The translations under genes were made by a program, and so were the position numbers. Under the pieces are notes generated by a model. It saw only the letters and a program-made list of their open reading frames with translations. It had not been told where the DNA came from and ran no database searches. From contig JAVRCV020000034.1 of assembly GCA_034530615.2 (NCBI GenBank), positions 1 to 64,000 of the forward strand: DNA of 64,000 nt. The letters are read 5' to 3'. Source of the DNA: Aulosira sp. ZfuVER01 (GTDB lineage: Bacteria > Cyanobacteriota > Cyanobacteriia > Cyanobacteriales > Nostocaceae). Position 1 is the first letter of the stretch. Each line of letters opens with the position of its first letter. Shown piece by piece: positions 31,080 through 41,574 of this stretch.

Positions 31080-31349
31080 CGCTTAAGCCCCTCAACTGCG
31101 ATTGAATTATCATAAGTTTGTAACTGACTCACTCTCACACTCATATTTTCTCGTCTACTTGATTCACTTCACATAATACCCAAACTATAAGCGATACTCC
31201 CAGCTAGTTTTTTTACAGCATCATATTTGCTGCTAATATTCAAGATTATATCTGTTAGATTGTCTACCAACTAAAGGCAGAAAAACTACACTGTTATATA
31301 TTTTTAATCTAGTTTTCGCCTCGCATCAAGACTAGTATATATACTGGTG

Positions 31350-32150
31350 CTACTCAGTCTTGATAGCTGTTTTTAGACTTTGACAAAATTCTGCGATCGC
31401 ATTTAACCCTTCTTCTGGAGTCCCTTCTGCCAAACGCTTCACAAAAGCGCTACCCGCGATCGCCGCATCCGCACCCCAATCTTTAATCTGACGCGCTTGT
31501 GCAGGTTCGGAAATGCCAAAGCCCACACCAATGGGTTTTTCCGTAACACTACGAATTTGTTTAAGTAAATCTGACACTCGCGTTGCTACTTGCGTTCTCA
31601 TGCCAGTCACCCCAGTAACACTGACAAGATAAATAAATCCTTGAGAAGCGCGAGCGATCGCTTCTATTCGTTGGGCGGAACTTGTGGGTGCAACTAACAA
31701 CGTTAAGTCAATACCGATTTCACTAGCTGGTTGGAGTAAACCAGAAGCTTCTTCTAGCGGTAAATCGGGAACTACCAAACCTGCTACCCCCGCCGCCGAA
31801 ATTTGCTGGAGAAACTTGTCAATTCCCCGATGCAAAATTGGGTTGTAGTAAGTAAACAAAACGATGGGCGCTTTTAAATCGGGAGTAGTGGCTTGCAACA
31901 TTTCCAGCACACTATCCAATGTTGTTCCCCGTTCTAGGGCGCGGGTAGCAGCGGCTTGAATCACTGGCCCATCTGCTAGCGGATCGGAGTAGGGAACCCC
32001 TAGTTCAATAATATCTGCCCCACTGCGATCGAGAGTGCGCAAAGCTGCTGCTGTTGTTTCTAAATCAGGATCGCCAGCTGTGATAAACGGAATTAAAGCA
32101 CACTCTTTATTGCGTCCAAGAGTTTCAAAGCAGTGGGAAATGGCAGTCAT
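31350..32150 (-). CDS. trpA: Tryptophan synthase alpha subunit
   Basis: [34 protein letters not shown]. Confidence 0.98.
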   Translation of the reverse strand: MTAISHCFETLGRNKECALIPFITAGDPDLETTAAALRTLDRSGADIIELGVPYSDPLADGPVIQAAATRALERGTTLDSVLEMLQATTPDLKAPIVLFTYYNPILHRGIDKFLQQISAAGVAGLVVPDLPLEEASGLLQPASEIGIDLTLLVAPTSSAQRIEAIARASQGFIYLVSVTGVTGMRTQVATRVSDLLKQIRSVTEKPIGVGFGISEPAQARQIKDWGADAAIAGSAFVKRLAEGTPEEGLNAIAEFCQSLKTAIKTE

Positions 32151-32223
32151 TGGTCAAGATTCACTCAGTCAGTTGTCATATAGTATCAAACAACGGACAA
32201 CGAACAAACGACCAATGCGCCCT

Positions 32224-32535
32224 CTAAACCTGAGTTTGTTTTTCCTGTTCAATCTCAGCTTGAATTTTTTCTAGTTCTTCGGGAGTAAGTTCGTCCAGCC
32301 GCTTTTGGAAAAAGGCTTGCTCATAATCTTCCCGTTGTTGATGGTAGGTCATGTTTTTCCCCACCGCACGGAAGATATAGGTGGCTAACCAGCCAAGCAA
32401 TCCACTGACTAGCAAGACTTGGCTCCATATACCAGCTTTTTGACTATCTAAACCTACTAGCTCCAAGCCTAGATATGCTATCCCTCCAGCAACAAAAACC
32501 CCCAAGCCAATACCTATAGCATCAATGCGTCGCAT
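32224..32535 (-). CDS. DUF3007-family membrane protein
   Basis: MRRIDAIGI start, two TMs, MTYHQQ; ndhL-DUF3007-trpA order. Confidence 0.85.
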   Translation of the reverse strand: MRRIDAIGIGLGVFVAGGIAYLGLELVGLDSQKAGIWSQVLLVSGLLGWLATYIFRAVGKNMTYHQQREDYEQAFFQKRLDELTPEELEKIQAEIEQEKQTQV

Positions 32536-32559
32536 GAGAATTATGACCTACCAATCTTG

Positions 32560-32772
32560 TTAAACTTCAATTTGTCGCCGCTGGGGTCGAATATTTATAA
32601 ATGGCGATAAAACCAACAACCCCGGAAAGAAGAAGAACACCAGAAAGTACATAAAGGTGCGCTCTATAGAACTAGCCACATACCAGCGCTGCTTCAGATA
32701 AAATAGAACAGCCACTGGGATGACCAACAAGTAAGCTCCAGCTAAAATCAGATACAGCAGGGCTACAATCAT
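32560..32772 (-). CDS. ndhL: NDH-1 subunit L
   Basis: [16 protein letters not shown]...[10 protein letters not shown]...FFFFPG; the longer ORF in the track only adds STRR-derived residues. Confidence 0.93.
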   Translation of the reverse strand: MIVALLYLILAGAYLLVIPVAVLFYLKQRWYVASSIERTFMYFLVFFFFPGLLVLSPFINIRPQRRQIEV

Positions 32773-32850
32773 AATTTTTTTCTGAGATAGACAAGAACGT
32801 TCAGTACATTTATTCCCATCATAGGCTGAATGCCCAGACTCAGGGAAGTA

Positions 32851-32993
32851 GGGGAACTGGGAATTGGGAATTGGGCATTGGGAACTGGGAATTGGGAATT
32901 GGGAATTGGGAATTGGGAATTGGGCATTGGGAACTGGGAATTGGGAATTGGGAATTGGGAATTGGGCATTGGGAATTGGGCATTGGGAATTGG
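32851..32993. repeat. STRR heptamer array (GGGAATT/GGGCATT/GGGAACT)
   Basis: About 20 tandem 7-mers; shorter tracts of the same family near 19020, 35350, 43255 and 54955. Confidence 0.95.
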
Positions 32994-33352
32994 ACATTTC
33001 TTCCCCCTGCTTTTTCATCGGGACTGTCTTGTGAATCTTTTTGCTTGCAATTAATTATTTGATTGTGTTATCCTTGGAAAGGCTTTTGCGAAAAAGACTT
33101 TGGTATCACCAAATAAATTAAATGCAGATGCCAATATTAGGTGGCGATCAGGAAATATCCAAAGCTAAAAAGCGATCGCACAATACTGTTACTCTTTCAA
33201 GCAGTATTTGGCGTAGCCACCAAAACCAGTACAATTGCTTTTCGTGAACAAAATTTTTTAAATCTAGTTGCACAAAAGACACAATTGATGCTGGAATGTA
33301 TGAGGAGGTATTTGCTACTTCCAAATGACAATTAGCTCCTAATAAATATTAG

Positions 33353-33714
33353 GGGGGTGTGGCGGAATGGTAGACGCTACGGACTTAGTTAACTGAGCCT
33401 TGCTGGAGAAATCCTTCAAGTGTAAGCTCTCAAACTCAGGGAAACCTAAATCTGGTAACAGACATGGCAATCCTGAGCCAAGCCCAAAAATTATAGATTT
33501 TTGATTATTGATTGAAATTCAATTCAAAATCTAAAATTCAGGGAAGGTGCAGAGACCCGACGGGAGCTACCCTAACGTTAAGTCGAGGGTAAAGGGAGAG
33601 TCCAATTCTTAAAGCCGAAAGTTGTTGAAGCGATTAGGCAGTAGTGAAAACTACGGGAGAATGAAAATCCGTTGACCTTAAACGGTCGTGTGGGTTCAAG
33701 TCCCACCACCCCCA
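33353..33714 (+). tRNA. trnL: tRNA-Leu(UAA); exons 33353-33386 and 33664-33714
   Basis: GGGGGTGTGGCGGAATGGTAGACGCTACGGACTT^AAAATCCGTTGAC...GGTTCAAGTCCCACCACCCCCA. Confidence 0.97.
33387..33663 (+). ncRNA. Group I self-splicing intron in the trnL(UAA) anticodon
   Basis: Core elements AAACTCAGGGAAACCTAAA, AATCCTGAGC, GTGCAGAGACCCGACGG, GAGAGTCC; terminal G; heptamer repeats in P6b. Confidence 0.96.
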
Positions 33715-33997
33715 TTACAACAATTCGTAATTAAATCCTGTTTCAGACTGAGATTTAGACGTTGATCGAAACAAAGCCACGTAAATACAAGCTGTGCTTC
33801 ACCAAAGATTACGAATTATAGCAATTTGAAAAAAGAATGCGACAGATGCATCTGTGGGGGCGGAGAAACCCCGCTCCTTACGACAGTTGGTATTTCACAA
33901 TTATTAATTGAATCGGAATTACGAATTAATAATTAGTTCCATCAACTTTAGAGTAGGAGAATTGTCAAATCAACTCAACCACAGGATGGGATGAGCG

Positions 33998-35347
33998 ATG
34001 GCTGAACACTATACATTGAAGAAAGTTAAGAAATCCCTTCAAGAAGCTGGCGTTAAATTTGTTCGCATTCTTTGGTGCGATAATGCCAACATCATTCGCG
34101 GAAAAGCTGTTCATTTAGGGATGTTATCTCACTATTTTGAACATGGTGTTGGCATTTCCGCCGGGGAACAGGGTATACCTGTGATGTATGATGCGATCGC
34201 TCCTAACAGTGGTTTGGCTCCAGTGGGTGAGATTCGCTTAGTACCAGATTGGTCTAGCCTCACACCTTTACCTTATGCTCCCGGTCATGCCCGTGTTATG
34301 GGAAACATGGTACTTGATGGGCAACCTTGGGCTTATTGTCCGCGCAATTTCCTGATGCAGATGATAGCGGCGGCGAAACGTGAGGGTTTGGAAATTCAAG
34401 CAGCATTTGAAAATGAGTTTTACCTACTACGGCAAACATCTGAGGGAATTTTACCTACAGACTCAACGGTTTTTGGTTCGACGCAATCAATGGATATTAA
34501 TCGTGAAGTCATTGATGCGATTGCCGATGCCCTCATTACCCAAGGAATTCCTGTAGAGCAGTATTATCCAGAATCAGGCCCCGGTCAACAGGAAATTTCT
34601 ATGCGGTATACTGATGCTTTACAGGCTGCTAACTGGCAAATTGGATTTCGCGAAACAGTCAGAGCGATCGCTCGTCAACATCAGCTTACAGCTTCTTTCT
34701 TACCGAAAATCTTTCCTGATGCGGCTAGTAGCGGTTGTCACATCCACCTCAGCCTTTGGCGTGATGGGAAAAATCTGCTACCAGATCCGCAAGGTGTTTG
34801 CGGTCTTTCCCAGTCAGCCAGAGCATTTATTGCCGGGATACTACATCATCTGCCAGCACTGATGGCATTAACTACCCCTAGTCCTAATTCTTACCGCCGC
34901 ATCCGTCCTCACACTTGGAGTGCTGCTTTCCGTTGTTGGGGATTAGATAACCGCGAAGCCGCTGTCAGAGTACCCAGCGACCCAGGATTAGAAAGTTCTA
35001 GCCATTTCGAGGTAAAAACCGTGGATGCGTCAGCTAATCCTTTTATAGCTTTAGGCGCGGTGATTGCAGCCGGATTGGATGGTGTACAGCGAAGTCTAGA
35101 ACCCCCAAACCCCGTAAACGAAGACCCCGGAAACTTGCTAATTGAACAACGTACAGCTAATGGAATTGACCCCTTACCCACAAATCTGGGGGAAGCACTA
35201 AACCATTTCAAACAAAACAATGTCTTGTTAACTGCTTTAAATCCACAATTATCACAAGCGTTTTTGGCAGTACGTCAAGCCGAATGGGAAGCCATGAAAG
35301 ATTGGGAATTAGATGCAGAAGTAAAGTTGTTATTGGAGAGATATTGA
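33998..35347 (+). CDS. Glutamine synthetase-like gamma-glutamyl ligase
   Basis: FENEFYL, ESGPGQQE, SGCHIHLS, NREAAVR, EVKTVDASANP. Confidence 0.88.
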   Translation: MAEHYTLKKVKKSLQEAGVKFVRILWCDNANIIRGKAVHLGMLSHYFEHGVGISAGEQGIPVMYDAIAPNSGLAPVGEIRLVPDWSSLTPLPYAPGHARVMGNMVLDGQPWAYCPRNFLMQMIAAAKREGLEIQAAFENEFYLLRQTSEGILPTDSTVFGSTQSMDINREVIDAIADALITQGIPVEQYYPESGPGQQEISMRYTDALQAANWQIGFRETVRAIARQHQLTASFLPKIFPDAASSGCHIHLSLWRDGKNLLPDPQGVCGLSQSARAFIAGILHHLPALMALTTPSPNSYRRIRPHTWSAAFRCWGLDNREAAVRVPSDPGLESSSHFEVKTVDASANPFIALGAVIAAGLDGVQRSLEPPNPVNEDPGNLLIEQRTANGIDPLPTNLGEALNHFKQNNVLLTALNPQLSQAFLAVRQAEWEAMKDWELDAEVKLLLERY

Positions 35348-35452
35348 TTGGGCATGGGGCATTGGGCATAATTTTTCCTTGTCCCCCTTGTCCCCCTTGT
35401 CTCCCTTGTCTCCCCACACTCTCCCTTGCTCCCATTCCCCAACTAAGCGAAT

Positions 35453-36577
35453 ATGCGAATCAATCTTGCTGATATTCCCTTAATTGACCAACACGCCCAT
35501 AACATACTTCGACCGGAAGTAGCTGCGCGTTATCCTTATGCGGCTGCTTTTACGGAAGGATATGACGAGGAAATAGTTAACAATCATGCCCGTCACACTC
35601 TATTTTATCGGCGCAGTCTGCGGGATATTGCGGCGCTATTGGAATGTGATGCCGAGGAAACTGCGATCGCAACACGTCGGCAAGATTTAGGATTAGAAAA
35701 TCTGACGCGACTTTATTTCCGTGCTGCTAACCTGGAAGCAATTTATTTAGATGACGGATTAGATGTTGAAAGTATCCTACCTCTCTCATGGCATGAAAAA
35801 TTGATTCCCGTCCACAGAATTCTGCGGTTGGAGGTGGTAGCAGAACAGCTAATTCCTCAAATCGCAGATTTTGAGAGTTTCTTAGCAAGATTCACTAGCG
35901 AAATTGACCCGCCACCACCTGGGGTTATCGGCTTTAAAAGTATTGTTTGTTATCGTACTGGTTTGGATGTCCAACCTGTGACTTTTGAAGTTGCAGCCTC
36001 TCGCTTTGACGCAATTAAACAACAGCTTACCGATCAACCATTGCGTTTGGTTGATAAACCTCTGATTGATTTTTTACTGCAACAAGCTTTATTAATTGCT
36101 GCTAAATATCAGCTACCAGTGCAATTACATACTGGCTTTGGCGACCCCGATCTAGATTTGCGATTAGCTAATCCTTTAAACTTGCGATCGCTCTTAGAAT
36201 TACCCCAGTACCGTCATGCACCTTTAGTACTGCTACACGCTTCTTATCCATATATGCGAGAAGCTGGATATTTAGCTTCTGTCTACCCCCAAGTTTATTT
36301 AGATTTTGGTTTGGCAGTACCATCTTTAAGTGTATCTGGAATGCGAGAAGCCATCAGGCAATTACTAGAGTTAACTCCTACTAGTAAACTCATGTATTCC
36401 TCTGATGCTCACTCAATTCCAGAGTTGTATTATTTAGGAGCCAAGTGGGGTCGTCAGCTATTGGCAGAAGTGCTAAACCAGGCAATTCAAGATACTGATA
36501 TTACTGTGAATGAAGCAGAGGCGATCGCTACTGCAATTTTACGCGAAAACGCCTTATCTCTGTATTTAAAAAAATGA
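35453..36577 (+). CDS. Amidohydrolase (FluG N-terminal-like)
   Basis: IDQHAH, FKSIVCYRTG, QLHTGFGD, LLHASYP, SSDAH. Confidence 0.88.
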   Translation: MRINLADIPLIDQHAHNILRPEVAARYPYAAAFTEGYDEEIVNNHARHTLFYRRSLRDIAALLECDAEETAIATRRQDLGLENLTRLYFRAANLEAIYLDDGLDVESILPLSWHEKLIPVHRILRLEVVAEQLIPQIADFESFLARFTSEIDPPPPGVIGFKSIVCYRTGLDVQPVTFEVAASRFDAIKQQLTDQPLRLVDKPLIDFLLQQALLIAAKYQLPVQLHTGFGDPDLDLRLANPLNLRSLLELPQYRHAPLVLLHASYPYMREAGYLASVYPQVYLDFGLAVPSLSVSGMREAIRQLLELTPTSKLMYSSDAHSIPELYYLGAKWGRQLLAEVLNQAIQDTDITVNEAEAIATAILRENALSLYLKK

Positions 36578-36707
36578 CGTACTTTTAAAGCTTTATTGTA
36601 GTATGGTGGGCAATGCTCACCATATACAGATTTTCGTGAGCATTACCTATAACCTCATATTTCAAAAATTAAATAGTAATCCTATATCCAGATTCTCAAG
36701 AAAATTT

Positions 36708-37490
36708 ATGCTAAGTGAAAATGGCTCAATTCTAAATCTTTTTACTAAGCCGAAACCTGGTCTGAAGATGAGAGAAAATACCAAAATAAACTTTAAATCT
36801 AGTTATGGTATAGAGGAAGATATTAATGCTAATCCTATAAGCCCTAGACAAGTTTTAATTGTCAGGTATGAAGATATTGTAGAACTAGCAATTCCTCCCG
36901 GTGAATTACGAGAAAATCTGGTTATCCAAGGCATAAAAGCTGAAACTTTTCAGCCTGGTTCTCTCATAACTTTTGAAACTGGTGCTGCGGTTCGCCTTAC
37001 TTTCTATTGTGAACCATGCAAAAGAATAAACCATTTAGTTAAATCACTAGCTAGCATCCAAGGTAAACGAGGAATTTTAGGTGTAGTTATTAAATCAGGA
37101 GAAGTTCAGGTTGGTAGTCATTTTCAAATTACACCTCATCAATTTCCTGCATTATCAGAAAAGCCTTATGAGCGGTTTCTCGAAGTTCTCCTAAAACTTC
37201 CACCTGGAAAAGTCGTGACCTATAAGCAAATACTTCAAATAATAGGAGTAGATAATAGCTATATGCGAGCTATTCCTATATACATCAAGAAAGCCTCTGC
37301 ACTTGATTATCCCATACATAGAATACTAGACTCTCAAGGTAATTTAATATCTCATGTTCCCGAACAGAAGAATAAACTAGAAGCTGAAGACATTCAAGTA
37401 TTGTGCAAGACAGAGCTATTGACGAAACACAATAAATATTCGGTCAATCTCAAAGATTATCTATGGAAAGACCAAGCGATTTATTCGTAA
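36708..37490 (+). CDS. MOSC domain fused to an alkyltransferase-like (Ogt/ATL) DNA-binding domain
   Basis: RQVL, LRENL, CEPC, RGILGVV (MOSC); PPGKVVTYKQI and PIHRI (no catalytic Cys). Confidence 0.75.
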   Translation: MLSENGSILNLFTKPKPGLKMRENTKINFKSSYGIEEDINANPISPRQVLIVRYEDIVELAIPPGELRENLVIQGIKAETFQPGSLITFETGAAVRLTFYCEPCKRINHLVKSLASIQGKRGILGVVIKSGEVQVGSHFQITPHQFPALSEKPYERFLEVLLKLPPGKVVTYKQILQIIGVDNSYMRAIPIYIKKASALDYPIHRILDSQGNLISHVPEQKNKLEAEDIQVLCKTELLTKHNKYSVNLKDYLWKDQAIYS

Positions 37491-37652
37491 TATGTATATA
37501 TAGTTATTCAGAGTTAATTTGCAAAAATTTTAGATATTAAGTATGCAATCTGCTTATACAACTAATATAAGAATCTTTAAAAGGAATTACGAAAAGATGA
37601 AGATGCGTCAAAAAAGCTTAAAGTAAAAACTGTAGCGTATGTAGCAGTTTCC

Positions 37653-38009
37653 ATGAAACTTTCCTTTATTCCCACGGCAATGACTCTTACCCTCTCACTA
37701 GGAATAACCTGGCTGAATGCATCTTTCAGTAATACCGCCTATGCTGTAGATGATGGCAAAACAGGAGTTTGTGAAATTCCAACAGTTAGACCTAGTGGTG
37801 GAAATACTCTGCAAAGAATGCTGGCTATGCAACTGTGCGAACAAGCTCAGTTAAATCAGCAACAAAAACTTACCGTAACACCCATAAAACAGAGTAATCC
37901 AGCTTCTTCTATAGCCTTACCAACGCAGAGTAACCAAGCCCCTACTAGCGGAGTTAATGATTCTAATACATCCCAACCTACCCCTCCACCAGAACCAATA
38001 GGGAAATAA
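37653..38009 (+). CDS. Small exported hypothetical protein
   Basis: Signal peptide ending AYA, two Cys, P/Q/S-rich tail. Confidence 0.65.
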   Translation: MKLSFIPTAMTLTLSLGITWLNASFSNTAYAVDDGKTGVCEIPTVRPSGGNTLQRMLAMQLCEQAQLNQQQKLTVTPIKQSNPASSIALPTQSNQAPTSGVNDSNTSQPTPPPEPIGK

Positions 38010-38354
38010 GATTGGGCATACAAAAATGTCTCCTAGTTCCTTAAAGTGAACAATTGGTATTAGAGTACTTTGTACGGGCAGTTTGCTCAAGTCGGCAAAG
38101 CCGCCCACGCAACTGCCCTCGTCTTTGTGGTAAAAAATCATAGAACCACAGAGACACGGAGACACAGAGAGAAGAGAGATTTTCATGCCCTCGTTGTGTG
38201 ATTTATTACATAACCGTCTAATACTATTTTGGATTTTGGATTTTAGATTTTGGATTGTAAAAGATTGATTGACCAAGCTTTTGGACGATCCATCTGTCGC
38301 AATCATTTTTTAAATTGGTATAACTTAAAAAAGTTGTTTGCGCAGAGATAACTC

Positions 38355-40772
38355 CTAGACAATTATTATGTCAGCAGCAGAGATAAAGCCAGAATTAGTA
38401 TTGAGGCTAGCAAATTGAATGATACTTGCCCCATTATTAAAGCTTAAAGCTCCTGTATCGCTTTGGTAGCTGAACTTGTTAATATCTGTGGCAGTTATAC
38501 CAAAGCCAGAGCCGTTAATCTGAATTTTATCTCCAGCTTGACTAGAAAAGTCTGCGATCGCATCAATTCCTTCTGATACAGAATTGAAAATAAAAGTATC
38601 GGCTCCCGCAGCACCTGTGAGGGTGTCATTACCAAAACCGCCTGTAAGGATATCGTTACCGGAACCACCTACCAAGGTGTCATTTCCATTACCACCTATC
38701 AGGATGTCATTAGTAGCATCGCCATCAAGGGAGCCATTTTCATTTTGTCCGTAGAGAAGGTCATCACCATCTCCGCCATCGATGTAGTCGTTACCCTGCT
38801 CACCATAAATACTGTCATTGCCAAGACCACCTGTGAGCGTATCATCACCAGCACCGCCATAGATGGAATTATTATCGGCATTACCTGAAATATTGTCACT
38901 ACTGCTACTACCGTAAGCCGTGTTTGTGGGAATCAAGTCAACATAGTTGATATTGAAATTATCCGCGAGCATTTCCAGGCGCAGTTCATGACTACCTGCA
39001 CTCAAGCTCAGTCCGTTTGCGATCGCATCACTCCAATTTTGATATCCTCCTGTAGGAGCGATATTCAAGATTCGCTCTTGCTGATTGTCAATTGAAGTTT
39101 TGAGTTGTTTTTGAGTGTTTTCTGCAGTAGCAACTCTGGCTACAAGGTTATAAAATCCATTCTCTGGTATCTTCAGATCGTAGGTAAGCCATTCTCCAGC
39201 CTTAATCCAGCCCACATTGAAGCCACCGTCAACATCACTGGTCTCCTCAATATCTACATTTAAATCATGGCGATATTTGCCACCTGCATTACCATCTGTT
39301 GTATCGTAGGCGTTTTTGTAGTTCTCTGCTTCAATCCGAATTGTAGACCCATTCACAGAATTGGTCGATCCACCATCAGGCCTGGCTTGATTATTTCCAG
39401 CAACCTTTTGATAGGCTTTCAGTACATTCAAGCGACCGCCAGTGTTGATTTTGCCTTGCAAAGAACTAACCTTGTCAACACTCGAAAGTAAGGCGTTTCT
39501 CAGCTCTAAAACGCTAAGATTGGGGTTAGTAGCTAAAAGTAATGCCGCCGCACCACTGACATAGGGAACAGCCATTGATGTACCACTCCAGCTAGCATAC
39601 TGATTGTTAGGAAAGGTACTGTCAATATTTAACCCAGGTGCGGCTAGATCTACGGAATTTTCACCATAGTTAGAAGCACTTCCGTTGGGAAAAGAGGCCA
39701 GGTTGTCATTTTCATCTGTAGCTGCAACGGTAATGATATTCGGTAGATTGTAGCTTGCTGGATAATGTGGTTCGTTATCAATATTTCGATTGCTATTACC
39801 TGCTGCTGCTATAAATAAAACGTTTGCATATTGACTAATAGCATCATATTGAGCTTGATTGAAAGCGCTAGAGCCAAAACTAAGATTGATGATTTTGGCT
39901 CCGTTCTTTACAGCATATTTAATCCCATCCAAAATATTCCATAAATAACCGTCTGGGTCACTTGATTTGAAATGCTTCGTAGGCATGATTGAGACATTCG
40001 GACTGACCCCAATCACACCTAAGTTATTGTTACCTACAGCACCAAGGATACCTGCAACGTGAGTTCCATGTCCTGCTAGTGAGTGATCGTCTGTGGGATT
40101 ATTATCGTTATCGCCAAAGTCCCAACCGTGGATGTCATCAATATAACCGTTATTATCATCATCAATTCCATTTCCTGCTATTTCTCCGGGATTCGTCCAG
40201 ATATTCGCAGCTAGATCGGGGTGAGTAATATCAACACCAGTATCAATAACGGCAACTATTACGCTCCTACTACCTGTGGTATAGTCCCACGTGGCTGGTG
40301 CATTAATCTTTTTTAAACCCCAGAGACTGTTAAAAGATGAATCGTTAGGTGTCCAGTCGGGTGTTACTGCATTATTATCTGCATCTTTGTTGATATGACT
40401 TGTTGGAAAGTCATTTTTAGCAATGATTGAGCTATTTTGCCTGACTCTTAGGACATTTAGGCTATCTGAAAAGTGATTTCCATGTTCTTTGGGTGTTGGA
40501 TAATAATCTCTAATACCAAAGTCCCCTATTTCTCTGGAATTCGCCCAGATATTAGCAGCTAAATCAGCTACGACTAAATTGCTGCTGCCTCTGGTATCGT
40601 CCGATGCTACTGTTGCATTAATTTTATTTAAATCCCAGAGACTACCAAAATATGAATTGTTTCGTATCCTTTCAGGTGATACTGACTCATCATTATTTGC
40701 ATTTGTCTCTTTATGACTAGTACGCAGGTAATCGCTCATCCTGAAATGAGCATCGTTATATAGTTTCCGCAT
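38355..40772 (-). CDS. S8 subtilase + carbohydrate-binding module (CBM6-like) + RTX calcium-binding repeats
   Basis: VIDTG, HGTHVAG, GTSMA triad; IEAENY...GWIKAGEWL; GGxGxD nonamers. Confidence 0.92.
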   Translation of the reverse strand: MRKLYNDAHFRMSDYLRTSHKETNANNDESVSPERIRNNSYFGSLWDLNKINATVASDDTRGSSNLVVADLAANIWANSREIGDFGIRDYYPTPKEHGNHFSDSLNVLRVRQNSSIIAKNDFPTSHINKDADNNAVTPDWTPNDSSFNSLWGLKKINAPATWDYTTGSRSVIVAVIDTGVDITHPDLAANIWTNPGEIAGNGIDDDNNGYIDDIHGWDFGDNDNNPTDDHSLAGHGTHVAGILGAVGNNNLGVIGVSPNVSIMPTKHFKSSDPDGYLWNILDGIKYAVKNGAKIINLSFGSSAFNQAQYDAISQYANVLFIAAAGNSNRNIDNEPHYPASYNLPNIITVAATDENDNLASFPNGSASNYGENSVDLAAPGLNIDSTFPNNQYASWSGTSMAVPYVSGAAALLLATNPNLSVLELRNALLSSVDKVSSLQGKINTGGRLNVLKAYQKVAGNNQARPDGGSTNSVNGSTIRIEAENYKNAYDTTDGNAGGKYRHDLNVDIEETSDVDGGFNVGWIKAGEWLTYDLKIPENGFYNLVARVATAENTQKQLKTSIDNQQERILNIAPTGGYQNWSDAIANGLSLSAGSHELRLEMLADNFNINYVDLIPTNTAYGSSSSDNISGNADNNSIYGGAGDDTLTGGLGNDSIYGEQGNDYIDGGDGDDLLYGQNENGSLDGDATNDILIGGNGNDTLVGGSGNDILTGGFGNDTLTGAAGADTFIFNSVSEGIDAIADFSSQAGDKIQINGSGFGITATDINKFSYQSDTGALSFNNGASIIQFASLNTNSGFISAADIIIV

Positions 40773-41519
40773 TTAGTGAAAAACACCTTTAAAAGTAATG
40801 TTAAATACTAGAAAAAAAGGCCAAGAAATTTTTATTCACGAGAGAAAACTCTAAGCAAGTATTTCCAGAAGAACTAAATCAACAAATATCGGGCTTATTT
40901 AGTTTCTGATTACTCGCTTAATCCTAGGAATTCATACCAACGATAGAGAGATGTAGTTGTTAGTTGAGCCTACATACTTAGTAAGTTACTAATTATTTCA
41001 GTATGTTTTTTTAGCAATAAATTTAAATTTTAAGAAAATTCTTGTAAGAAACATATCATGTAATTTAAAGCACGTCAATAAAAAAATATGTATTGGGGAT
41101 CGGAGTCTATTATAGGTCAAGATGCTTACAAGGCAGAGGTTAGGGGAAAATAGAATCGAAATTAATCTTTGGTATAAAATTTCAAAAAAGAAAATATTTA
41201 AGATGTAAACTAGTCCGATACTGCTAATTTTTGGAACATATTACTGACAGGCTAGAGCAAAGCAGCAAGACTGTTATTTGCTTACTATGTATAATTGGAA
41301 AAATTAAACTGCGTAAATGTAGTACTGCTTTGTAGCCCTAAAAACTAATATATCAAGCGTGGTACATACCAGGCTTGATATTAGCTGCCTATGATTTTAG
41401 GTTTTTGCAATAAATAATAATAGAAGTAAGCTGATTTCTGCTGTCCTATTATCAAGAAATTATTTTTAAGCTTAATACTCAAGCACAACTCAAAAAAGAA
41501 CAGATATAACCAAAAAGTA

Positions 41520-41560
41520 AGGCGATCGCTCTCATCTTACCCCTAAAAGAGCGATCGCCT
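41520..41560. terminator. Hairpin built from two HIP1 sites downstream of the radical SAM gene
   Basis: AGGCGATCGCTCT / AGAGCGATCGCCT inverted repeat with an adjacent A-run (U-tract on the minus strand). Confidence 0.55.
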
Positions 41561-41574
41561 CAAAAAGCATCGAT

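Noticed and set aside
32769..33062. ORFs such as PNSQFPI / GIGNWEL repeats and the N-terminal extension of ndhL
   Set aside because: Artefacts of STRR heptamer arrays; the same applies to extensions of gatD and the 54548 ORF.
33715..41500. Genomic island integrated at the trnL 3' end
   Set aside because: No integrase and no duplicated tRNA 3' end found downstream.
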